In this document: positions 26,180-32,000 of the stretch, one piece after another
How positions within the stretch are numbered: the stretch's first letter is position 1
Layout of the letters: every line of letters starts with the position of its first letter
Assembly (NCBI RefSeq): GCF_019693215.1
Contig: NZ_CP081183.1
Location: 343,226 to 375,225 of the forward strand
Length of the DNA stretch: 32,000 bases
Origin: Salinarchaeum sp. IM2453
GTDB taxonomy: Archaea; Halobacteriota; Halobacteria; Halobacteriales; Salinarchaeaceae
Direction: 5' to 3'
The notes under the pieces: generated by a model
Database searches by the model: none
Seen by the model: the letters and a program-made list of their open reading frames with translations, nothing else
Told to the model about the DNA's origin: nothing
Program-made: the position numbers and the translations under genes

Positions 26180-27871
26180 ATGACCAACGAGGACCCGACT
26201 GTTACAATCGTGGATGGGTATGTCGATGAACCAGCACACTTCGGGGTACCGCCGTATATTTCGACATATCCTCGATATACTGCGGGAGCTCTCGTTGATG
26301 CGGGCATACCGGAGAAAAAGATAAAATACCACACGATTGATGAGCTTCGGGAAGATCGGAGTCGCTGGCAAGACATTGCATCAGCCACACTTGTAGTCTA
26401 TATTGGTGGGATGACAGTGCCAGGGAAATACGTTGGAGGAACGCCAGCAACTCCGGAGGAAGTCAAAGAGATTGCTTGGACTGCAGATGGAACCAGCATA
26501 ATGGGTGGCCCCTCACGATTTGGTGTTGGCGAGGAAAATGTTGGCGGCGTAGAGGCTGAGCGAACGGATATGGATTTTGACCATGTTGCAATGGGTGATA
26601 TCGAAGCGATTGTGTACGATTTTGTTGCTAGTGGTTTTGAGGAGCTAACAAATCGGTATCGGAAGATGGAAGAGGCAAACCAGTGGGCCCAGCAGGGTGC
26701 ATTTGTCCTTGAGCAACACCCTAATGATACAGATTATCTGATCTGTGAGTTAGAAACTGGTAGAGGGTGTGCATATCGATGTTCATTCTGTACAGAGCCG
26801 TTGTATGGTGATCCAACATTCCGACCACCAGAGACAATTGTAGATGAAGTTCAAGCACTTGCAAATCACGGAGCAGTGCATTTTCGACTTGGTCGACAAG
26901 CAGATATCCTCGCATACGGAGGCGATGGAGAGCGGCCAAATCCAGATGCGATTGAACAATTATACAGTGGGATCCGAGATGCAGTTCCTGCCTTAGAAAC
27001 ACTACATCTGGATAACATGAATCCAAAGACGATTGTTGATTATCCAGAGCCAGCCAAGGAGGCGATTAGTACAATTGCGAAATATAACACACCAGGAGAC
27101 ACTGCAGCATTTGGACTCGAGTCAGCAGATCCGGTCGTTCAAGAGCAAAATAATCTCGTCATCTCAGCTGATGAGTGCTTTGAGGCGGTTAAAATACTTA
27201 ATGAGGTTGGGGGATGGCGTCCAGATGACCGGCGATTGCCTAAGCTACTTCCGGGGATTAACTTTGTCCATGGGCTTGCAGGTGAGCGGTCAGAAACATT
27301 TGAGCACAACGAAGAATTCCTTAACCGAATCTACGATGCTGGATTAATGGTTCGCCGAGTTAACATTCGGAAGGTCATGGCGTTTCCCGGAACTGAGATG
27401 GAAGAAACAGGAACAGCAGTACTTGAGGAACACGAACAGAAGTATCAAGCGTATAAGCGTCGGGTTCGGGAAACAATTGATAATCCCATGTTACAGCGAG
27501 TCGCCCCTGCTGGAACGATCCTGCCCAACGTGCGATTCGAATACCATGAAGATGGGAAAACATTTGGCCGGCAGCCAGGCACCTACTCACTGTTAGTTGG
27601 ACTTCCAGGGGAGTATGAGTTGGATGTGTTTCAGGATGTCGTCGTCGTTGACCACGGGTACCGATCAATTACAGCCGTTCCGTATCCTCTTGACGTTAAT
27701 ACTGCATCGATGGACGAGTTAACGGCAATTGACGGCATCGGAAAACAGCGTGCTGGCGATATTATCGTTAACCGACCATACAGAACGCTGGACGACGTAC
27801 CTGTTGATATTGATCTGTCCTCATTTATGACAGTACCAGATACAACAAAAGTGACCAACCAACCCAAGTAG
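26180..27871 (+). CDS. radical SAM enzyme with C-terminal helix-hairpin-helix (COG1031-like, function unknown)
   Basis: The CX3CX2C cluster lies in ELETGRGCAYRCSFCTEP. The conserved N-terminus is VTIVDGYVDEPAHFGVPPYISTYPRY. The C-terminal HhH is MDELTAIDGIGKQRAGDIIVNRPY. The frame is open from 26063, but the extra 39 residues are basic or hydrophobic and look non-native. The preferred start is MTNEDPTV at 26180; the ATG at 26159 is also possible. Confidence 0.8.
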   Translation: MTNEDPTVTIVDGYVDEPAHFGVPPYISTYPRYTAGALVDAGIPEKKIKYHTIDELREDRSRWQDIASATLVVYIGGMTVPGKYVGGTPATPEEVKEIAWTADGTSIMGGPSRFGVGEENVGGVEAERTDMDFDHVAMGDIEAIVYDFVASGFEELTNRYRKMEEANQWAQQGAFVLEQHPNDTDYLICELETGRGCAYRCSFCTEPLYGDPTFRPPETIVDEVQALANHGAVHFRLGRQADILAYGGDGERPNPDAIEQLYSGIRDAVPALETLHLDNMNPKTIVDYPEPAKEAISTIAKYNTPGDTAAFGLESADPVVQEQNNLVISADECFEAVKILNEVGGWRPDDRRLPKLLPGINFVHGLAGERSETFEHNEEFLNRIYDAGLMVRRVNIRKVMAFPGTEMEETGTAVLEEHEQKYQAYKRRVRETIDNPMLQRVAPAGTILPNVRFEYHEDGKTFGRQPGTYSLLVGLPGEYELDVFQDVVVVDHGYRSITAVPYPLDVNTASMDELTAIDGIGKQRAGDIIVNRPYRTLDDVPVDIDLSSFMTVPDTTKVTNQPK

Positions 27872-27904
27872 CCAGCCAACAAACATACATAATCTGACGG
27901 CCAT

Positions 27905-28840
27905 TTGTGTGGATATGAACAAATGAACGGATTCCCAAGTCTTGTCCCAGCGTACCAATTTTACGATGCACAGACAAATGAAGCAGTCCGAGATGTAGTA
28001 CCAGAGCCAATTATATGGCTGCTGACACACGTTACACATCTTGGTGACGGCGCAGTCTTAGTTGTCCTTGGAGTTACATTGTATTGGTTTGGTGCTGGAG
28101 ACCGCCGTCAACGGGCGTTTGTACTTGCGATAGCAACTGCATCGCTGGCGGTGGCAGCAGGGATTAAGGGTATTTTTGCAATTCCACGACCAGAGACAGC
28201 ATTTACCCCACTCGAGTATCCGGGCTACAGTTTCCCAAGTGCACATGCACTGGGGGCAGCAGCAATATACGGAACGCTTGCAGTTGTATTAAACATCTGG
28301 ACGAAACGTACACGAATACTGATAGCTGGAATCGTGATTATTACCGTGATGCTCTCACGAGTCGTGATTGGAGTTCACTACGTTGAGGATGTTATTGTAG
28401 GAGCACTTCTTGGAACGGGGCTAGTTTTGATTGGAATGTATTTCAATCGGAACCCATACTCTGTTTTCACATTCGCACTGGTTATATCAGCAGTTGCATT
28501 TGTGATCGGATCGCGAGAATTCACGACACTGGCATTCGGAGCATCGATCGGTGGGATGGTCGGCTGGCAATATGTCAGAGATCAGGAGTTCTCCTCGTCA
28601 GGTGCTGCGATCGCTGTATCTGGGATACTGGCGATTCCTCTTATGCTTGGGTTCCGAGGGGTTGAGCTTCTGCTATTTAGCCACTGGCCGACAGAGATTT
28701 TCATGTATGCCGTACTCACAGCATTTGTGCTGGCAGTTCCTGTGTGGGCCAAGCAAGTCGAAGACTGGACAGCTGTGAATCGACTACAGGACTCGGTATT
28801 TAGCAGACGTCAGCCGAATATTCCAGAGATGGATGACTGA
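27905..28840 (+). CDS. PAP2-superfamily membrane phosphatase
   Basis: 311 aa and polytopic. The three-part PAP2 signature is present: KGIFAIPRP, SFPSAHA, SRVVIGVHYVEDV. The start is uncertain; an alternative ATG lies at 27923. Confidence 0.8.
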   Translation: MCGYEQMNGFPSLVPAYQFYDAQTNEAVRDVVPEPIIWLLTHVTHLGDGAVLVVLGVTLYWFGAGDRRQRAFVLAIATASLAVAAGIKGIFAIPRPETAFTPLEYPGYSFPSAHALGAAAIYGTLAVVLNIWTKRTRILIAGIVIITVMLSRVVIGVHYVEDVIVGALLGTGLVLIGMYFNRNPYSVFTFALVISAVAFVIGSREFTTLAFGASIGGMVGWQYVRDQEFSSSGAAIAVSGILAIPLMLGFRGVELLLFSHWPTEIFMYAVLTAFVLAVPVWAKQVEDWTAVNRLQDSVFSRRQPNIPEMDD

Positions 28841-29242
28841 TTAGCTGACCGGTTCCGGTTCAATAACCTCTGCAACGGCAAAGTTCGGTTTGACCTCTGT
28901 GATCTCAACCTTGACCCGGTCCCCCATATCAGTATCTGGAACAATAATTACGTATCCTCGTTCAACACGCGCTATTCCGTCACCTTGTTTCCCGAGATCT
29001 TCTATTTCAAGATATCGTGTTTCACCAATTTCTACCGGCGGCTGTGGCTGATCAGGCGCAGTAGATGAGGATTGTGGCTGTTCGTCATCGCTAAGATGAT
29101 CTAAAAGCGCAACCCGATAGATCTCATTTGGAGAAACGGTTTCTGCATCGATTTCTCTGCGAGGTATTTCAATAACGTATTTATCCGATTTCTCTTCGAC
29201 ACGAGCACTGAACAAACAAAGTAGGTTATCAGACATATCCAC
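28841..29242 (-). CDS. TRAM-domain protein with an N-terminal extension
   Basis: 133 aa. The C-terminal roughly 60 aa, GETRYLEIEDLGKQGDGIARVERGYVIIVPDTDMGDRVKVEITEVKPNFAVAEVI, matches the TRAM beta-barrel pattern. A Q/P/S-rich linker joins it to an N-terminal 50-aa beta-rich region. Confidence 0.7.
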   Translation of the reverse strand: MDMSDNLLCLFSARVEEKSDKYVIEIPRREIDAETVSPNEIYRVALLDHLSDDEQPQSSSTAPDQPQPPVEIGETRYLEIEDLGKQGDGIARVERGYVIIVPDTDMGDRVKVEITEVKPNFAVAEVIEPEPVS

Positions 29243-29295
29243 GATTTAAGCCCCTCTAATAGCTATCAGTCGAGGGAATCGTAAAGTATTATCGA

Positions 29296-29799
29296 CTATT
29301 GCAATCTCTCAAACAAGTCTGTCAACGCTTGAGTTGCGACATGCTGTTTAACCTCTCTTCGGTCTCCATTAAAGACATACCTAGACACAGAAACTGTAGA
29401 CTCTCCAGAGTCCCACGGAGCAGCATATGCAATACCAATGTAGGCGGTACCGACGGGATTTTGTTCAGTTCCACCAGCTGGTCCTGCAATTCCAGTTGTC
29501 GCAATTCCCCACGTCGTGTCAGCTCGGTCTCGAATACCACGAGCCATTGCTTTTGCTGTTTGTTCGCTAACTGCCCCGTGTTCGTCGAGTGTTTCTCGGG
29601 GAACAGCCAGCTCTCGGAGTTTTGAGCCGTAAGCATAGGTGACATATCCCCGATCAAAATAATCGCTGGCGCCTGGAATATCCGTCAGCCTAGATCCAAT
29701 TAGTCCGCCGGTACAAGACTCTGCAACAGCAACAGTTTCATCTCGGTCACGGAGTCGATCACCAACGCGTTTTTCGATAGCATCGCTTGTACTGGTCAT
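29296..29799 (-). CDS. cinA: CinA C-terminal domain protein / nicotinamide-nucleotide amidohydrolase (PncC-like)
   Basis: 167 aa. Characteristic segments are AVAESCTGGLIGSRLTDIPGASDYFDRGYVTYAYGSK and GIATTGIAGPAGG. Confidence 0.85.
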   Translation of the reverse strand: MTSTSDAIEKRVGDRLRDRDETVAVAESCTGGLIGSRLTDIPGASDYFDRGYVTYAYGSKLRELAVPRETLDEHGAVSEQTAKAMARGIRDRADTTWGIATTGIAGPAGGTEQNPVGTAYIGIAYAAPWDSGESTVSVSRYVFNGDRREVKQHVATQALTDLFERLQ

Positions 29800-29872
29800 A
29801 TTTAATATTATCAGTCATCCCGAATACAAGTTATTCTTACCGTCGGGGATTGTGGTCAGCATGATAATATAT

Positions 29873-30484
29873 TCAGGGCTCAAAGGTTCGTCCATCAGGA
29901 TGTTTTAGCCCTTCTGAGTCATAGACAGCTGGTTCATCCGTCGTATGAGGATTTGTACTGTACTGTTCTTGAACAGCTAAGGACTCTCGCCGATCAGTAA
30001 TCGCTCGCTGTTTAATTTGCTTTGCAAGCTTACGAGCATCTTCACGGGAAATGTCATTCTCTAGCCCCGGACACTCAGACGCATAGAGGTGATCATGTGA
30101 TATCCGCTGGTCATCATGCTCAAAGTCAATATCGAATGGATAGGTTTGACAAATCAGCGGACGCTGCTCATACACACTGCACTCGCCATCCGCATAGAAC
30201 GTGCAGTCACCGCAGTCATCAACCTGCAATGCCCACTCGAGCGTGTCGGCGCCAGTCTCAAAACCAAACGGCATCGGACGAGCAATATCTTCCCAGTCAC
30301 GTTCCGCTGTTTTGAGGTCTCGAACTTCATCTGGGAAAATTATGGCTGTGTGAGGAGCATTCTCTTCTGCAGTGCAGCATGCACCACATTGAGTGCACTC
30401 AAACCCAATATCAACGATCGCCTCAGCTAGAGCGTCAACATTCAGACTTTCCGCCATCGCTAATTCTTCATGTAAGGTTGGCAT
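29873..30484 (-). CDS. YkgJ/UPF0153-type zinc/iron-chelating CxxCxxCC protein
   Basis: 203 aa. The N-terminal CTQCGACCT (CxxCxxCC) is followed by further Cys residues (CGDCTFY, ECSVY, CQTYPF), as in the PF03692-like family. Confidence 0.65.
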   Translation of the reverse strand: MPTLHEELAMAESLNVDALAEAIVDIGFECTQCGACCTAEENAPHTAIIFPDEVRDLKTAERDWEDIARPMPFGFETGADTLEWALQVDDCGDCTFYADGECSVYEQRPLICQTYPFDIDFEHDDQRISHDHLYASECPGLENDISREDARKLAKQIKQRAITDRRESLAVQEQYSTNPHTTDEPAVYDSEGLKHPDGRTFEP

Positions 30485-30630
30485 AATATTCTAGCAAATG
30501 CTGTTGTTGCTATTAGCCGCGAACGTTACTAAAGTACATCGACGAAAAATCTCGATCTGAAGGGGAGAGATATACCGGATGAAAATCCGCGACAACAACG
30601 TTTTTCGGTTTAGGGAGAATACCGTGGTGC

Positions 30631-31002
30631 ATGACCGACGAAAATACAGAAGAAAGTGAAGCGGACAACGAAGAGAAGTCGTTCCGAGAGCGAGTAGAAG
30701 AGATTCGTCAACAGCGAGAAGAAGAAAGCGATGAGGAACGACGTGAACGAATGGAAGATATGATGGGTGGCGGCGGTGGCCCAGGCGGCGGCCCAGGCGG
30801 AATGGGAGGGAACCCATTTGCACAGATGATGGGCGGCATGATGGGCGGTGGCGGCCCAAGCGGTCCTGGTGGAGCCCCAGGACAGCAAGCAGAAGAAGGC
30901 GGTAACGAAGAGGTCGTTCGAGAACTGCGACAACTGCGAGACGAGGTTCGTGACGTAACCCGACAACTCCAGCGAATTGCTGACGAACTTGAAGACAACT
31001 AA
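30631..31002 (+). CDS. small conserved-looking protein: acidic helix, then Gly/Met/Pro-rich core, then charged amphipathic helix; function unknown
   Basis: 123 aa. The sequence is MTDENTEESEADNEEKSFRERVEEIRQQREEESDEERRERMEDMMGGGGGPGGGPGGMGGNPFAQMMGGMMGGGGPSGPGGAPGQQAEEGGNEEVVRELRQLRDEVRDVTRQLQRIADELEDN. The acidic composition fits a halophile. It ends 6 nt before the rnp4 start on the same strand. The three long antisense ORFs here are low-complexity artefacts. Confidence 0.6.
   Translation: MTDENTEESEADNEEKSFRERVEEIRQQREEESDEERRERMEDMMGGGGGPGGGPGGMGGNPFAQMMGGMMGGGGPSGPGGAPGQQAEEGGNEEVVRELRQLRDEVRDVTRQLQRIADELEDN
30778..30801 (+). repeat. tandem 12-nt duplication (ggcccaggcggc / ggcccaggcgga) encoding GPGG-GPGG
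   Basis: Read directly from the sequence: 11/12 identity, head-to-tail, inside the Gly-rich core of the 30631..31002 gene. Confidence 0.85.
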
Positions 31003-31008
31003 TCCCGG

Positions 31009-31296
31009 ATGTCGACAGCGCGAATCGCAAAAGAACGGATTGTGCGGCTTGAAACTTTAGCAAGGGACGCCGCCGAAGATGGAGAAGTTGATCAGTCCCG
31101 ACGATATGTTCGCCTTGCACAGCGGATTGCAGAACGAAACCGGCTAGAGCTACCGGAGACGTTCAAGCATTTTACCTGTGATCGATGTGATCTGTACTTG
31201 CGTCCGAGCAAAAACGCACAAGTGCGGCTTCATGATGGACGCGTTGTGATGACATGCAGTTGTGGTGAACAGAATAGATATCCCTACAAGGATTAG
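31009..31296 (+). CDS. rnp4: ribonuclease P protein component 4 (Rpp21/Rpr2 family, zinc ribbon)
   Basis: 95 aa. An N-terminal helical pair (IAKERIVRLETLARDAA...RRYVRLAQRIAERNRLELP) is followed by FTCDRCDLYL...MTCSCGEQNRYPY, the four-Cys zinc ribbon typical of Rpp21. Confidence 0.85.
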   Translation: MSTARIAKERIVRLETLARDAAEDGEVDQSRRYVRLAQRIAERNRLELPETFKHFTCDRCDLYLRPSKNAQVRLHDGRVVMTCSCGEQNRYPYKD

Positions 31297-31394
31297 CCGA
31301 TTCCCCAAGACTAACCAAGTGGAAAAATTTAGGTAGGAGCATCATAAACGCGTAACAGACGAAATACGCAGTGTATGATTTCTGTAAGGAAACG

Positions 31395-32000
31395 ATGACA
31401 GGAACATCGGGAATTATCACGGGAGTATGTGTTGCACATGACCACGCCACGGTTGATGAGATTACTACCGCCGGAGCCGAGAAGCAATGCGAAGATGTCA
31501 GGCGATTGCTCAGAAAAAGCGGCGTAAGAGAAGCATTTGCGCTACATACGTGTAATCGGACAGAAGCGTATGTAGTAACAAATGACCCAGAGATGGGAAA
31601 GAATGCGCTAAGAGATATTGCACCAAATGTCAGAGATACAGCGGTGCGATACTTAGATCATGACCAAAGCTTAGAGCATTTATTGCGTGTTGCCGCTGGA
31701 CTGGAGTCAATGGTTGTTGGTGAGGACCAAATCTTAGGCCAAGTCCGCGATGCATACGAAGAGGCTCAAAATGCCGGTGGAATTGGCCCGATGTTCGAAC
31801 AAGCAGTAACAAAAGCGATCCACGTTGGAGAGCGTGCGCGAGCAGAGACCAAGATCAATGACGGAATTGTGTCGGTTGGAAGTGCTGCCGCAAAGTTTGC
31901 ATCGGAGGAAGTCAAGTTAACAGAAGCAACAGCAACAGTTGTCGGCGCAGGAGATATGGCTGAGCTGACGGCCAAAGCACTCGAGGTACGGGGTATAAAC
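31395..32000 (+). CDS. hemA: glutamyl-tRNA reductase, N-terminal 202 codons (continues beyond window end)
   Basis: Missing from the track because it has no in-window stop. The ATG is at 31395 and the frame stays open to 32000. My translation begins MTGTSGIITGVCVAHDHATVDEI and continues FALHTCNRTEAYVV (catalytic Cys motif), LLRVAAGLESMVVGEDQILGQVRDAY, then VVGAGDMAE (the start of the NADPH Rossmann fold). Confidence 0.9.
   Translation, partial: MTGTSGIITGVCVAHDHATVDEITTAGAEKQCEDVRRLLRKSGVREAFALHTCNRTEAYVVTNDPEMGKNALRDIAPNVRDTAVRYLDHDQSLEHLLRVAAGLESMVVGEDQILGQVRDAYEEAQNAGGIGPMFEQAVTKAIHVGERARAETKINDGIVSVGSAAAKFASEEVKLTEATATVVGAGDMAELTAKALEVRGIN

Noticed and set aside
30491-31120. Three overlapping minus-strand ORFs (209, 118 and 96 aa) opposite the Gly/Met-rich gene and rnp4
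   Set aside because: They arise from the GC-rich, repetitive GGN/CCN codons of the plus-strand gene. Their translations are Arg/Leu/Pro/Ser low-complexity strings with no start context. The plus-strand reading gives a halophile-like acidic protein tightly coupled to rnp4.
1-32000. Searched by eye for CRISPR-like regularly spaced repeats, IS or terminal inverted repeats, integrase/transposase ORFs, and toxin-antitoxin or defence-type gene pairs
   Set aside because: None were found. All sizeable ORFs are accounted for by housekeeping or conserved hypothetical genes, and no direct repeat longer than the 12-nt tandem at 30778 was noticed. A computational repeat search would be needed to be exhaustive.

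Overview
The window reads as a dense, two-stranded core chromosomal region of a haloarchaeon. The predicted proteins are strongly acidic. GC looks only moderate by eye, which among haloarchaea recalls Haloquadratum; that is inference, not a database result. I can support 31 protein-coding genes, two of them cut by the window edges. I found no rRNA, tRNA, CRISPR array, transposase or integrase. Gene content, in order: pyrB-pyrI plus a downstream membrane ORF; a translationally coupled rpa1-rpap1-rpe ssDNA-binding operon followed by an Lhr-type helicase; a small wHTH regulator; the proteasome-activating nucleotidase PAN; GMP synthase subunit A; a FolC-FolP fusion; a PurN-PurH(AICARFT) fusion; purB; lysA-dapE and dapA-dapB-dapD, separated by an oppositely oriented VOC dioxygenase; cmk-cbf5; a USP; a DUF457-like membrane hydrolase; a radical-SAM enzyme with a C-terminal helix-hairpin-helix; a PAP2 phosphatase; a TRAM-domain protein; a CinA-C/PncC-like protein; a YkgJ-type CxxCxxCC protein; a small Gly/Met-rich protein tightly linked to RNase P subunit Rpp21; and the 5' part of hemA. 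Most of this is ordinary housekeeping, and I see no convincing new multi-gene system such as a defence island. Six things seem most worth a second look. (1) rpa1-rpap1-rpe lies next to lhr, paralleling bacterial Lhr-MPE cassettes. (2) The RPAP1 protein has an RPA32-like layout: OB fold, a roughly 215-aa polyacidic spacer, and a C-terminal winged-helix-like module. (3) A 123-aa protein combines a chaperonin-tail-like GGM/GPGG core with charged helices on both sides, and sits 6 nt upstream of rnp4. (4) The radical-SAM/HhH enzyme has no known substrate. (5) About 590 bp after pan is unannotated, with a GC-richer core and a 41-codon transmembrane ORF that ends at an in-frame TAG. (6) FolCP contains an unassigned module of about 128 aa between its two enzyme domains.
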